From the NCBI GenBank assembly GCA_951406725.2, contig OX597823.1, positions 55,614,001 through 55,678,000 on the forward strand: a stretch of DNA of 64,000 bases. Reading direction: 5' to 3'. Positions 39,345-55,567 of this stretch are shown here, one piece after another. A model generated the notes under the pieces. The model made no database searches and was not told where the DNA came from. It saw only the letters and a program-made list of their open reading frames with translations. A program made the translations under genes and the position numbers. The DNA is from Octopus vulgaris (lineage: Eukaryota). Each line of letters begins with the position of its first letter. Position 1 is the first letter of the stretch.

Positions 39345-40548
39345 TAGGAGACTGTTTGACGTCGATTCAGACAGCTTTTGGATGTCACATCATATCCTTT
39401 CGGCAGCATCTTTTTAACTAACAGGTGTCAAAGTTCATCCAGTGACCAAATCTTCACACACGAGGCACACAACACCACAATACTAGGAAAACAACTTCTC
39501 GAGAAATACATGCCCAAAGAAGTAGCACAACTCAACCGCAACATGTCATGGCATGAAAGAATGAGTGCATATCAGTAGAAATCCATAAATATATATATTG
39601 GCAGAAAACTCCAGGATGAGGGCAAGATTGCTAATCAAACAGTATATCGTAGATCAACAACCGGATCACCGGATCTCTAGCTCTCACTTTCAAGTGTTTG
39701 CGTTTGCAATCGAGGAATAGAAAATAGCTACAAAATTCCCGAAGGAAGAAGTGCAAAATGTAATTATAGATGCAAACTTTGTGGAGTCAATACTGAAGCT
39801 ATCACCCTTCATCATAAGCAATTGTCTTAAAATGCCATCGCATTATTATGAAGCAATGAGACATGATGTTATGGCCAAGACACTCTATAGTGGCATCCGT
39901 CGGAAGGATAATCCTTAGATCGAAGATATAAGAACATGCAGTGCGGTTGAGACCATAACCACTCATAATGTCAAAGTGTATTGGTGGGATGTCCCCCTGC
40001 GAAGATCTCAATAAAATGCAAACATGAAGGAGTAGACATGATAATTCGGAAAACCATGTTTAATATTGAAAGATAATTGCCCAAAAGATGTTAACACAAA
40101 GGTAAAGATAAGTAGCGAAAAGAAAACGCCTATGCTAAACTATTGAGAAATTTACAGTTACTCCACCCGGACTACAAGTTTAGATTCATACCAGTGATTA
40201 TTGGGGTACTAATATATGCAACCAACTGTCTCAGAACCGTCTTCAGAAACTTCGGCTTTCAAACCAGAAAGGAGGAGGCAAATTAGAAGACTACAGTCAT
40301 TAATGGAACAGTCAAAATGTGTAAAGCTTTCAGAAAGTTTATCATATATATGCAGCGAAATGTCAAAGTATAGATACATAAAGTAAAACATACACATCTG
40401 CACATGAACTGTTACCATACACTTGCACATATACACTCGTACTTACACAACTGTCACACTGATGTCGTTGAAATTGCATTGAAAAAGTGTTGGATCTAGG
40501 TCAGAAATGGGTTCTTTCTCCATTAGTGAGAAAAATAGAAATAAACCT
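39345..40548 (+). mobile_element. Decayed RLE LINE, same family as 25496-26071
   Basis: LTSIQTAF, FAFAI, CKLCGVNTE, MRHDVMAK, YWWDVP, FRFIPVIIG; 3'UTR collinear with 25830-26070. Confidence 0.8.
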
Positions 40549-43024
40549 AAATCATAGATGCAAACATACAGAAAACAGAAGGAGAAGAAGAGAGAAAGAG
40601 TGATATACATATATACATACACGCACACACACATATATATACATATATATATATATGTATATATACATATATATATGTATATATACATATATATATGTAT
40701 ATATGCATAGGTACAGGCATATGTGTGAGTGTCTGTGCTTACATACACATTCCTGTACCTGTGCATATTATTTGTATATTTAATGTGTTCGTGCCTTTTA
40801 AATATGTATGCATAGTTTCACAATGAGAATAACTTAAAACTGCAGTGTTATTGCACATTAATGTATTATTTACTGTTAATAATGTATATGGTACGACACT
40901 TAAGGAACCAAAGGACTGTAGGGAAGGCTTTTCAATGTAGATCGTCAGCTTGTAGAAAGAGAAAAGCTGACGCTTTGCATGCGCGCGCATACATTCCTAC
41001 ACACATACACAAACTCATGCAGACATTATTCAGCACACATTCGTTGGCTACATTGTTTAGTGGCTACAATATTCATATTCATACAGCATATACAATGAAT
41101 GGTGTAGAATATACTCATAGAAACACCAACCTATACCCCGCACATTCTTACATTCCAAATGTCCCTATGCTCCTACTAAATGTATGTAAGCACACACATA
41201 CAAACTCTGATGCATACAGATCAATCTCTTCACGCTGCTCGTTCCATAGTTTTATGGAAATTGTTATTCAGATAGTCCAGTGATTGGTTAAACCACTGAC
41301 TGGATTGAATGCACTATAAATATGGACAGTGCCCAGATTATAAAAGCGTTTATAGCCTTCTGTAATCACTATATGACGGATCTCTCTCATCAACGGGGAT
41401 TCTTGACAACGAGGATTCAAGTGTTTGATCAACTCAATTACCTTCTCTTAAATTACCGTGTATACCCTTAACGTATATTTTCAGGCAGAATCAAAGTGTG
41501 ATAAAGCCGTATATTTTGATTTACAGGTGTAATCCACACAATGATCTTCTGTACAATTTCTGTTTTCCCAGTTTCACTCACAACGATTATGGCCGACTCG
41601 AACGCTATAGAAAATGACATCCGTCCAAAATTCAACGCAGTGGGATCAATTTCGGGACCACGTGGTTTGAAGTGAACATCTTAAGCTATTCTTGATCATT
41701 CTGCGCCTACAAGTTTTGGAAATACGTTTTATAATTATACAGGCCTGCAGTCTTAACAACAAAAGTTCATTACCGTGTAAGAGGCTTATAAGATGATCTT
41801 TTACGGCTCTTTTGCAGAGCTTAAATTTTAAGCTTAAAGTATATGTTCTATGCAATAAGCAATCATCTTATATTCCGGGCATAAAATTCTAACCTTAAAT
41901 ACTATTTTGTACTATGAGCTGTTAGATAGACAAAAAGTGTAGTAAGGTGGGACCACAGTAGGAAATTTCCCTTGGATGCAAACATGTAGAAGTGCCAAAT
42001 TTCTTCTGGCTTATGATACCAGTTATGGTACCAGAGGGTCAACAAAATAATCTTTGCCGTTGGAAACAGAGAACTTTTCCTACGCCACCGCGTAACGTAA
42101 GTCGTCCCATACGCCGGGTGACAGAGTGATATGTTACGACACCAAACTAAAACTTTATGCAATATTCACCAAGTACTTGATGACAGTATCGTACTTGTGT
42201 TTTTATAAATGCACGTACGTTAACTTACAGGTAACCAAAATGCAAAAGTCACATGTGTACTCTAAGAGATTGATATTTATTTGATTGAAGATAGCAAATG
42301 CGGAACTAAAAAAATTTTACTCTCTACATCATCACGATCAAAAATGTTGATTTACGTGCAATTTATAATACAACTTTTAATGAACCACCTGGTTAATATT
42401 GCTTAACAATGGCTTCAGAAATTTCTTTCCTTAGCAGGTTTTTTTTTTAATACTTTGCTTAATCTTTCTATACAATTTGTGTTGTATGATAGCAAACATA
42501 ATCGATATTTCTATATAGGAGACTGCCCAGACACAGTTTAAAGAATGTTCACATGTTCACATATATTGAATATAAATTCGTTGACTTCAAAGTCCGAACG
42601 CAGTGTGTTAATTACTAGCAGACACGCAACAGAGATACCACAATCGTACACACACACACATATACACACTTGAGTGCATGCATGTGCGTATACAAACACG
42701 CATGTTTATATACATACATATATACATATGTGGTATATATATATGTACGTTATACATGTGTCTATAAGTGTGAGTATGTGTGGGGGGTATCGACGTGCAA
42801 ATTTTGTGGCGTAGATCTGAGTACTGGCTAATGGCTCAGTTATCAAATTAAGGACACTAATATTTCTATTGTGCACTTCCCCCATCCATTCAATTTTAGT
42901 AACGTACACATACATTCATACTCACATAATTATACATACACACATATATACACACCCGTATACACACACATGATAGACAGACAGATAGATAGCGAGAAAG
43001 AGATATATATATAGAGAGAGACAT

Positions 43025-43128
<104 letters not shown>

Positions 43129-43666
43129 ACGGATAGATGCTTGAGGCATGTGCTTGTGTAGGTGTTTTGTATATACTAACACGTATATTGGAATGTTTCC
43201 TTAAAAGGTATAAAGAGTTCTACCGAGAAAAGGTATATAAAATTAGCACCCTTATACTAAATGCATTTACTCTCTATCTCTCCCTTCCCTCTTTCTCCCT
43301 CATTCACCCACCCCATTTTTCCCTTTGTACTCCATAAACACGTATATTTATCTCATCTATATACCTACCTACCTCTCTCATATACTTCCCCCTCTCATCA
43401 CACACACACACACACACACAGAGTGATGTTTCAAATGTTTAAGATGTTTGTATTATATGCGAGAAGACGTGTGAGTGTATATGCGTATGTTGGCATGTGT
43501 GTGTGTGTGTGTATGTGTGTATGTGTGCGTGTCTGTATATATGTGTGTGTGAAATACTTAAACGTAATGATTTAAATCTGAAAACTTTTAAGATTCCTTT
43601 CACTTCAAATGTGTTATGATGATGAGTTTGAATTTCTATTTGTTTGTGCTGGTGTGTATGTGTATA

Positions 43667-43778
<112 letters not shown>

Positions 43779-43894
43779 TGTGAGTGTGTGATAGAGAGAG
43801 AAAAATTGATTTCTATTTATTCAATATAAATTTAGCAATCAAATCTGCTTTCCAAATATTGTCTGAACAGGAAAGTATATACATACATACATAT

Positions 43895-43978
<84 letters not shown>

Positions 43979-44599
43979 GCATGTATGTATACACACACAC
44001 ACACATATATATATATATGAGAGTGAGAGTGAGAGGGTGAGAGAAAAAAAGAAAGAGAACGTAGAAGAAAGATGTACGTTTATTTGTATATTCATATGTG
44101 TGTGTATATTTACGTGTATATGTCCGTACGCAAAATCGAGCGAACAATGAAAATCTTTAAGAAAAAAAAAAAAACACTGTTATAAATATAATTTAAAAAG
44201 AAATAAATTCGTCAAAACGGGTAAGAAGTGTAAAGGAATGGAAAGGAAAAACTCGATTTAAGTAAAAGATTATATTAAGTAAATAAATTTTTTTTTTAAG
44301 ATTTCAAATCATGTGTTTTAAACAAAAAGTATATTTAATAAAAATGAAAGAAGTAATTTTTGTAAATCTGGAAAAAGCTATTGATGAGAATTTATAGAAA
44401 CAATTTGAAATAGATTGTATAAAAAAATTCTCGGATACAGAAGCATTTACAACTAACTGGTCAGGTCAGACTATACTTATTACTGGTACTATGGCGGTAA
44501 GAAAGTTTCAAGGAAGCTGAATAGCAGAAGGTCTTCAGAGTAGAATCTCCACCTTCCCTCAGGCATGCATCTCGACGCTTAAATTCTTATACAATAAGG

Positions 44600-44926
44600 T
44601 AGGGGTTCTCAACCAATATTTATCTATGAATCTCTTTGATTGCTATTTTATTCTGGTGGACCCCCGTAGCCATACAATGTTTAAAAACTAGTTTTATAAA
44701 AACTTCTTTCAAAATTCCTATTTTGTTTTACACACATTAGCTTGTGTAGGTTGAACTATGTAAAATGTCAGAGAAAGAATCCTAGCTGTTTCTCGCACTA
44801 CATACCAATACATATATCTAAAGCAAATTTTTTTCAGGGCTTCTTGCAATACTACTCTGGATTCCCAATTTACAGTTTTGTTGCAGGGAACCCCAAAAAT
44901 CTTTGGACCCCGGTGGAGAACCACTA
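44600..44926. mobile_element. hAT-type MITE (~327 bp)
   Basis: TIRs taggggttctcaacc / ggtggagaaccacta; collinear with 47756-48083. Confidence 0.8.
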
Positions 44927-45818
44927 CTGTAAAGAGAGCGAGTCACATCCAGGTCATGACTCTATGGATGCCCTTCTGTTGACACGTTTTAGCCACTTCG
45001 TAGTTTAGTGCATTCGGAGGTTGGTGCATTTAATTCTCCCAGTTGTAATTCCTCTCTGTTGACTCAGCTTTCAAACTTATACTCAAAGAAGAAATAACGC
45101 TAGTTGTCATGGTAGCGGGGAAACGTCAACGTTGTCACAATGACGCACACCGAGTTACGTCCCTTAGTGTTAAAATGGAAAAATATTGCCTTCAAAGAGT
45201 AGGGTGGTTGTTTTTGTTCCTCCTCGACCAGATTCAGTTGGAGCACCTGCCCCACATCCAGTGAGGAGGCGAATACAAAACCACAGAATCCTGGAAACCG
45301 ACCTTATGAATGTGTATGGCTCACGAAGGGCCTTCGATTCTTTTAGTGTATGCTTGTATGATTGCGTGTTTACCTTTACGCATGTGCGCATTGAATGTGC
45401 ATGCGTGTACGTACGTGTAGGTGCATGGTTGTCTGCATTCTTGTATATATAGATAAGTATATATTTAGTTTATATGTCTGCATCTATAAATGTATGTATG
45501 TACAAGTATATGCGTGTATACCTGTCAGTATAGCTGCAAGTGTATATATTTGATTATCGTTATGAGAGTAAATGAGTATTTTCTGCAAGGACTCTTTTGC
45601 CCTTCTGTCTGTATTTATGCATACATTTCTATATGTTTATGAAGAGGTGATTTGTATTTAAGTCTGTCTGTACGACTGCCTGCTTGTTTGCTTGCTTATA
45701 AGTATGTATGAACATACACATCACTAGAGATCAATACATGTATGTATGTATGTATGTATGTATGTATGTATGTATGTATGTATGTATGTATGTATGCATG
45801 TATGTGTATACATATGTA

Positions 45819-45860
<42 letters not shown>

Positions 45861-46349
45861 AACACATACACGTATATGTGAGTGTGTCTATCACTAAGCA
45901 CCGTTACTTCAAGTGCATGAGGTACTTTGTTCTGATGTTTCCTTCATGCTTCAATGGGGTTTCACGGAGATAAAGTTTTAGCAAATGATGGATGCTATGT
46001 ATACGTGCCGTACATACACAATTGTATATATCAGTAAAAACAAAAAATAAAATACATTTATCTAATGCTATATACAGCCTTTGTAATTATATGTTCTTTA
46101 ATACAGTAGCAATAACCCAGCAAATATAGAGAATCTTATGCTGCGAATATTTTCACAGTAACGTAGTAAATGTTACCAGAATCAGTAGACACAGAATAGT
46201 AAAAAACAAAAAGAAAAATGCTCTGTGGTATCCAGATACGAATTCTTATTGGTTGAAGCTCAAATACCGTCGAGTTCAACTTCACAATACTTGATTTTGT
46301 GGTCAGTAGCATAAGGTACTATCTTGCTGAAGACAGTGCTGTTGATGTT

Positions 46350-46715
46350 GTCTTCTTCTTCTTCTTCTTCTTCGTCTTCTTCTTCTTTTCTTCCTCTTCT
46401 TCTTCTTCCTCTTCTTCTTCTTCGTCTTCATCTTCTTTTCTTCTTTTCTTCATCTTCATTTTCATCTTCATCATCTTCTTCATCATCATCTTCTTCTTTT
46501 CTTTTTCTTCTTCATCTTCATTTTCATTTTCATCTTCTTCTTCATCATCATCTTCTTTTCTTCTTTTTCTTCTTCATCTTCATTTTCATTTTCATCTTCT
46601 TCTTCATCATCAACTTCTTTTCTTTTTCTTCTTCATCTTCATTTTCATTTTCATCTTCTACTTCTTCTGCTTATTATTATTATTATTATTATTCTACTTC
46701 TTCCTCCTCTTCTTC
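46350..46715. repeat. (TCT)/(TCA)-rich tract with ~60-bp periodicity
   Basis: ttcttcatcttcattttcattttcatcttct recurs. Confidence 0.85.
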
Positions 46716-47016
46716 CAATCAGGACTCACGCCATTAGCCACAAAGAATAATCTCTAATTCGAGCCTACTCTAAGCTACAAAGAATGCGTGTGGCAACTTG
46801 AAGATCCACCCACCACACGCGATAGACTGGCGGTTGCACGGGCGCGAAAGCTACGTTGTTATCCTCATTCCGTAAACTGTGGCTTTTAACGGGTAGAGAG
46901 CTGAACCATCTTGGGGTACAGAGGATTCGCAATCTAGACTAGGGTCTGAAAATTTACCATACCATAGTGGGTTACACCATGGTTCCTCTGCTTTGTGGAA
47001 GAAGTGAGTGAAGAAG

Positions 47017-47179
47017 AAAGAGTGAGAGAAAGTTGTGGTGAAAGAGTACAGCGCCGGAGCCTCGTGGAGCTTAGGTGATTTTGCTCAATAAACACTCACA
47101 ATGTCCGGTCTGGGAATCGAAACTGCGTTCTTACGACAGCGAGTCCGCTGCTCTAACCACTGGGCCATTGCGCCTGCAC
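47017..47179 (-). mobile_element. SINE family C variant, partial
   Basis: Homologous to 24690-24853. Confidence 0.75.
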
Positions 47180-47755
47180 TCGTTGTTGTTGCTGTTGTTG
47201 AATCCCAGATCAGCCCTGATTGAACAAACCTATGATCAAAAACATTCTCTCTCTCCCCCTCTCACTCTCCCCCTCTCACTCTCCATCTCTCTCTCTCTCT
47301 CTTTATCGTATTCTAATTTTTTTTTCAACCACATAATCTCATGTCATTTTTTTTTTATAAAACAGACCGGGTAGTGAGTAATAAGGTTTGTTAGGGTTTG
47401 ATACAAGGGCGGTGAGTCGTAGGTAGGTTTTGTTAGGGTTTGATACGAGGGAGATTTGACTACTATGTCTAGCTTGTCAAGCAACAAAGTAGAGAACTCT
47501 CTTACCTTCTTGGTTCGAGATCTGTGCAGTATTTCCTTCTAGGTGAGTGAAGAGACGTTTTTCCTTCTGAAGTCAGGCTTGTCATCGTCTTGTTGTTTTG
47601 CATGGATACGAAGTTCTTGTTGATAATGTTGTTCAACTATATTTCAACTCTGAATTGAGCAGCTCTATGAGCAAAAATGTTCCAGTCATGAAAATCCGCC
47701 GTTCTCTCGGTTATTAACATGTCTAGAGTTATATTCACTAATGTGTCATTCATTT

Positions 47756-48083
47756 TAAGGATTCTCAACTATCTTTTATCTATGGACCCCTTTCATTACT
47801 ATTTTATTCTGGTGGACCCCCCACCACCACCACCATAGTCATTCAATGTTTAAAAACAAGTTTATAGAAACTTATATCAAATTGTTTATTTTGTGTAGGT
47901 TGATCTATGTAAAATGTTAGAGGAAGAAACCCAGCTCTTTCTTGCAATACATAAAGCAAAATTTTTTTCAGGGTCCCTTAAAATACAATTATGGATTCCC
48001 AATTTACTATTTTGTTGCATGGACCCCTAAAACATCTTATATAGACCATTAGGGGCCATATGGACTCCGGTTGAGAACCACTG
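47756..48083. mobile_element. hAT-type MITE, second copy
   Basis: Right TIR ggttgagaaccactg; interior matches the 44600 copy. Confidence 0.8.
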
Positions 48084-48756
48084 CTTTAGACGATTTACTC
48101 TGGAAGTGTGTATGTGAATGAGTGCGTGTGTGTGTGTGAGTGAATATGTGTTTGTGAGTGTGTGTGTGTAACTCCTTAACAGCCCATCCTAAAACCTAAT
48201 TACCACTCAACCTAAATCCACACACCCAAGGAAGAATTTAACTCGACAGAGCACTGTGAAATTGCCACGAAGAATTCAGTGAGCAAGGTTTCCGACTCCC
48301 TTTCCCCGAGGTTTTCACTGCTCACATTCTAAGCTCACATCCTTATTGCGTTCCATATCAGCAGTTGCAGCCAGTCAATCAAACATGCAAACATGTAGGA
48401 TGTAAAACTCTATCTTTCGTTTCTCCTCCTCCACCCCCTCTTGTCATCTTAACCATGAAGAAAGTCTGTATTTGAAGCATTAGATACTTCACTCCCCACA
48501 GCAATTTTACTGTAATATTTATGCTGCTTGTTCCCAAATAATACAAGTTGTTGCCGACGCAGACCACCTTGGATTCTGTTTTATCGCGTAAATACACGCA
48601 AGCATAAATACACACACACATACACACACACACACACACACACAAAGACGTATACATACATATGGATATGTATATGATATACATGCACATGTAGAGGGAA
48701 ACTGTGAGAGTAGAAGGAGAAAAAGTCAGAGAGAAAGGAAAACACGCACATGTGAA

Positions 48757-49223
<467 letters not shown>

Positions 49224-50117
49224 AAGGCATGTATGTATGTATGTATGTATACAGAATAGAGAGAGTGTGTGGGAGACCGAGAGAAAGTGGTACTAAACGA
49301 TAAGATTTAATTTGAAAGGGAGAGTTTACTGCTACTTCTAGTGTTCCGATAAAACACAGTCTCTTCCTTGGTTTGTTCGTTCGTTTGTTTGTTGGCGTAG
49401 CTGACAGACCCTGTACGATATTTTTGTCTGTGTCCGTTGTCTTCCAATTATTTATTGCTACCATTTATATATTTCATAACCCTTTATCTTATACGTTGCC
49501 ATTTCGAGGTTCTTGTAATTTGATAACTTTTCGACTTCATTCCTGGTGATGTTTTGATCAGAAGCGATCGAGATGTCTGTCAGAATAAATAACTTTTTCC
49601 CTTCTGTCTTCATACATTTTGGCTTTGATCCACTTATCAGTTTGAACAGGCGTAAACCAGATTATGGAAGCCATGCTATTGCCGCATTCAAGACTTGGTG
49701 CGTGCTTAAACCATTTATTTTCAGTTTTGAAGTGATGAAGCTTCCGAAAATTTCCCAAAGGATTAAACTATGATATATCTATTCATTTTTATTACGGGTA
49801 TAGCAGAGCCGAATGGATAATACGTCCGCTTTGCAATCATGAGGTCGGAGTTTCTTTTCCGCGGCGTGGTAGCTTCGAAAGTCTATTGTATGCTATTTTA
49901 TGTAAAGTTTTATGTAAAGTTTAGGTGTGGCCTAATGGTTAGCGTGTTGACTCAAGATCACAAGATCGCGATTTCGATCCTTGAACTGGGCGGTGAGTCG
50001 TATTCTTGAATAAAAAAACCCTAATTTCACGTTGCTGCAATCAAAATATAAATGCAAACATCATTTGCTTTGAGCAAATTTTGTAATTCAAGTATTTTGA
50101 ATTGTAATAAAAAATAA

Positions 50118-50350
50118 ATGGAGGCGCGTGCCTTAGTGCTTACGTTGTTGGACTCATGATCGTAAGATTGTGGTTTCGATTCCTGGACTGGACGATGCGT
50201 TCTGTTGTTGAGCAAAACACTTTTGAGCAAAACAAAATTGAGTCCTCCTACGATTAACTAGAGTCCCGTCCAAGTGGGGAATATATACGCCATGGAGATC
50301 GAGAAACCGACCCTTATGAGTAGGTAGGACTCGAGAAAGAAACTTTACTT
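50118..50350 (+). mobile_element. SINE family C (further head at ~49923-50040)
   Basis: tggaggcgcgtgccttagtg...gtggtttcgattcc...ttgagcaaaacac...cccttatgag...ctcgagaaagaaac. Confidence 0.8.
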
Positions 50351-52584
50351 TATCTTAAACTCAGTAGTAAATGAATAATCCTGCGATGAGTAATGAGTAG
50401 CTCTGCGATGGAATGGCGTCCCGTTAAAGGAGTAATGTGATTTTGCTCACTTATACGTCATGGAAAATGGATAACAGGCTCTATCAGTCCTAGGACTCGA
50501 GACAGCAATGACCAAGTAACCTTCGGTCAGCCCATACGTTGCGAGTGAAATTGGATAGATAAAAACTGTGTGGAACCCGCCGCGTAGATTTTTTTAGATT
50601 CAAAAGCGCAGCCTTGATATGCTGATTCCTCCTCGGAATTATATTGAGGACACACGTGACTTACATACTAATTAATGTATCTGATAATCTAAGTGACGGA
50701 ACAAGCGAATGCCCATAGTCGGAATATCTGACCGACATCCATTTCACTTCGACGTCTGATGTGTGGTGCACCCTGCAACTGTGCGGGAAATGTCGATTTG
50801 ATAAAGGGACCGAGCTAAGGTACATCCATTTATTTTGCTCGTATTAAATATAAAGCTGTAGACTAGAGAGTCCCGGTATATCGGGGAGGAAGCTTTCCGG
50901 CATTCGTTCCAGCTGTCTGAGCTCAGAGTTGAAACCGCATTGCTTTCAACCGGTACCAAATAAAGTATCAGTATTGAAATCGTTACCTTTTCATTTTCTC
51001 CTTCGTTCTTTGTGGAAGAAACCAGCCCTGGTCAGATCTTGAACCGAATTAATCCTGCCATATTTAGTTGTCCAATTAACTCGTTATGTTAAATTCAATG
51101 AGGACCTAACGATCCAGAGAAAGGTATCTATATATTCTAGCTTCCGAAGAAGTAAGCAGACAAAAGGTGATTGTCTCTCGATGCTGTATGTTTAATGTAA
51201 ATCTACAGTTGGCATTTGCCTGTCGTGATGTGATGGTTTACATGGTTGATATTGATTTTTCTTTTAATGGTTTCGTCTAGAAGAATGAGCTATGGCTACG
51301 ATCTTCTCACACTCACTTCCTACGAAACTGGTAAAGTAAATGCAGTTGATGCACTTTAACAACGGTAAGGGGAAAACTGGGTAATGTGGTGGGTAATGTG
51401 GTGACGTCATGAATGACGAGAGATTAGATTAACCGTTAATGTGGAATCTAGGGGAGTAGACAGTATACTTTTGATCTATTCTTAGAATTTTCTTTTTAAG
51501 TTGTTTTTTTCTTTTTTATGTTGTTCCATATGCTGGAAAAATGTTTCTTGGTTGTCTCTCGAGTCCAAGAAAGACAATTCCGCAAATATTTGCTGTTCAA
51601 TCTGCAGAGGTGATTGGCTTAGAGAGATGAAATGTTTGTGATGTACGCTAGTTCACTCCCTCCATCAGATTGACGTTGCCTGAACAGGTACACGGTGCGC
51701 CACATGTTAGATGTCAAAATGGTGAAATGAAGTGTTTTGCTCAAGAACACAACGAAATCACGATCGCAAGATCATGAGTATAACAATCTAATCACTAGGT
51801 CACTCAAACAAAACAAAAGGAAAGCAAAAATGAAAAAATATCCCCCAAAAAATTTTTAAGGAAGCTTTTTTAACAGATTATAATTCTTCAACGTACCGCA
51901 TATTTAATTTCTAATTTAAACCTTAATATGTCTTCATATGGAGGAAGAAAACATGGTTTCGTTATTCTTGTTGCATTTTGGTGGAGACTAACATGTAAAC
52001 TGGATTGAAGATCTTCATTTTTTAAAAATCTATACTTGCAATAAGAATATGAAAACTCCCTCTAGGGACTTTTAAAATTTTGACCAACAAGCAAAGGCAA
52101 TTACTCAGTTACGGTACCAACCAGATCAAGCTTTTAGAAAATACAGATAATGCAATTAATAATGGAACTATTCTTTAAATCCAGTCGATGAAAACAAAGG
52201 ACAAGTTCCAAAACTTGTTTGACCTCTTCTAAGAAAAATATGTATTCCAGTTAACAAAGATTTAGAGACGATCACATCTCTTTTCAGTTTTTTAAGCCAT
52301 TTTTTCTTTGTTTTAGTTGCAGCTGTACTCCTATTACTTATACGTTGCAACCATATTTCTAATATATACGTATACATAAATGCATTCATACATATATAGG
52401 AATTTAGAAAGATAATACACACCCACACCCACACATACATACATACATACATACGCACAATACAATACAATATACTGAATCCATTATGTAACTTTTTTCA
52501 TGTTGATAAAATATTTTTTTTGCTAATTTCATTAAGTTTTTGTCGTGTGAGATTTTCTACCGTTTGTGAGTGCATAGATATATA

Positions 52585-52630
52585 TTATGTATGTACGTAT
52601 GTATGTATGCATATGTAGTATATACATATG

Positions 52631-52671
<41 letters not shown>

Positions 52672-52675
52672 GTGT

Positions 52676-52713
<38 letters not shown>

Positions 52714-52740
52714 GTGTATACATACATATATATGTATATA

Positions 52741-52772
<32 letters not shown>

Positions 52773-52884
52773 CATACATATATACATACATACATTCATA
52801 CATACATACATGCATGAATGAATGCATACATACATATACATACATACATACATACATACATACATACATACATACATACATACA

Positions 52885-52915
<31 letters not shown>
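52585..52915. repeat. (TA)n/(TACA)n compound microsatellite
   Basis: Directly visible. Confidence 0.95.
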
Positions 52916-52916
<1 letters not shown>

Positions 52917-53086
52917 CCCACACGCCATATAAGCCAGAGTTAGTAAAATAGATTACAGAAACAAAAAAAAACTTTGTCGAGCGGAAGACTGAGATAAAAG
53001 TAAAAAAAACAACACGTAATGGATGTGGGGGTGGGTGGAGGTGGGAGATGAGGACAAGAAAAAAAGATAACGAATGTTTGTAAAAG

Positions 53087-53165
<79 letters not shown>

Positions 53166-53267
53166 CTGGAAGGGGAGACAAAAAATGTCATGCTAAACTG
53201 TCTGAATCGACAGTGAATGGTGATTTCTACTTATGTTGTTGGAAAAGCTTCAATTTGGGAATATAAC

Positions 53268-53298
<31 letters not shown>

Positions 53299-53381
53299 AA
53301 TAAATAAATAAATAAATATATGTATGTATGTATGTATGTATGTATATATACGTATGTAGATATATATATGTATGTATATAT

Positions 53382-53434
<53 letters not shown>

Positions 53435-53588
53435 TGTATGTATGTATGTATGTATGTTTGTTTGTATGCATGTATGGATGGATGAATGGAGGCATGTCTT
53501 TGTGTTTAAGTTAATGTTGTAAACATTACATCAGAGATTAATCTGTATGTATGTAAGTTATGTAAGTATGTGTATGTATACATACACA

Positions 53589-53638
<50 letters not shown>

Positions 53639-55239
53639 TGTGTGTATGTGTGTGTGTAGAGAGAGAGAGATACATAAATACATATGTATATGTGTGTGTG
53701 TGTATGTGTAAATGTATGTAGGCATAGGCTTTTATACATCTTTATCATGTACATGAATGTATTCGTGAGTGCGCATATACGTGTGTAGACAGGTAGGTAG
53801 TTGTTGTGTACCTGCGTGTATATGTGTATGTGTGTAAGTGTGTACGTGTGTTACTGTGTGTGTGTGAGTGTGTTTGTGTCTCGGTGTCTTGGTGGTTATC
53901 TATTTAGAGTTAAATTTCTAACGTCTAAAAATAGCATTTATTATTCGTTAGCCTGTGTTTCGTGAGTAAAACTGTTCAGGGAATTCATTCAAAAATAGTT
54001 AACGGCTATTTTGTGAAATATTGGTGTATGCTTTATCAATAGAGTTACTATATTCGTTGAGAGAAGTGCAATTATATCATACTGATATCGATGTTGTTGC
54101 TTGGTCCCAGGCCATCCCTTATCGAATAGATTTATAACCAAAAGCGACCCAACCAGGACCATCCTGTCTTTTAAACAATACCTAAGAATCTATTATTCAA
54201 TAAATTTATTATTCCAAAGATGGTAGGATGGGATTTAAAGGAGGAATATTTAGTGGAATTTTCTATGAAGAATAAGAACCATGTAGAAGACTCTCTTGTG
54301 GAGAACTGGTTGCGAGAGCTACCTTTATGCTGCTGTTCGTGTTATTGTTCTTGTTGTTGCTGATCGTGTTGCTGTTGCTGTTGTTGTTAACATAGCCATC
54401 CAATATAGTTTTTTTTCTTTTTTCCATGCATATTCGAAACCAGATTATATAATGCAATGTGTCGCTGTCGCGGGCGTCGTCATTGCTGTGATGATGACGG
54501 TGCTGGCGGTTGCTGTGTTTGTGTTGGTGGTTATAGTGGTGATCATGACGATGGTGAACATGGTGGTAGGGGTGATGGCGATGGTATAGGTGGTAGTGCC
54601 AGCAGCAATGGTGGTGATGATGGTGCTTTTATCATTGTAGTTGTTCAGTCCCATATCAATCCTGATCGAGTAGACCTGCGCTTAAAGACACTTCAAGTCG
54701 CTTGGGTGTAACTTAAGGAAAATTTGACTGCTATTTCTAGTAGTTTGAATGATCATATAGACTAGACGTTCACCCATTGGCTACGTCTTGTTGTTTTCTC
54801 CAACAGCAACTACCATTTTAGCAATGGCTGTTGCCGTTGCTGCTGCTGCCGCTCTTGTTATTGTTGTTCCTAAACCTCTTGATTGAGTAGATCAATAAAC
54901 AAAAGCGTTCTGGCAATTCGGCCACCACCACCCTGTCGCTACTGCTACACCCATTGGTCGATGCATTCGTAAATATCCTCTTTCAAACAAGGGGAAATTA
55001 TTTTGGTCGTTATGTTTAGCCAGCCGAGTTACCGTACAGAACATCCCTTGTAGTGACAGCTATTCTAGTACCAGTCGATGTTGTTGTTGTCGTTGTTATT
55101 GGCGTAGTACTGCTTTTATTTATTTCTTTTATAGTTGTTTAGAGGGCCAATCGAGACGTAACACACGTACTATGAGCGTATTTACAGACGTAACCACCCC
55201 GTCGATTTTACAGACATTGTATACGAAAAACAAAATAAA

Positions 55240-55567
55240 GATTGGCACTCAGTCAGTTACGACGATGAGGGTTCCAGCTGAATCGATCAACGGAACAGAC
55301 TGATGGTGAAATTAACGTGCAAGTAGCTGAGCACTCCACAGACACTCGTACCCCTTAACGTAGTTCTCAGGGAGATTCAGCGTGACACGAAGTGTGACAA
55401 AGCTGGCCCTTTGAATTACAGGTACAGCTCATTTGTGCCAGCTGAGTGGACTGGAACAACGTGAAGTAAAGAGCCTTGTTCAAGGACACAACGCGTCACT
55501 GAGAATTGAACTCGCGACCTCACGATCGAGAGCCGAATACCTTAACCTCTAAGCCACGTACTTTCAC
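55240..55567 (-). mobile_element. SINE family C-type head with alternative long tail
   Basis: Shares gccagctgagtggactggaacaacgtgaa with the 21885 copy; tail fragments also at ~58607-58710 (+), ~63265-63425 (-) and ~41400-41530. Confidence 0.75.

Noticed and set aside
45170-45452. Pro/Arg-rich ORF 45186-45452 as a host exon
   Set aside because: It runs through a SINE/LINE-type tail (aaaccgaccttatga...ggctcacgaagg) into low-complexity sequence; no recognisable domain.
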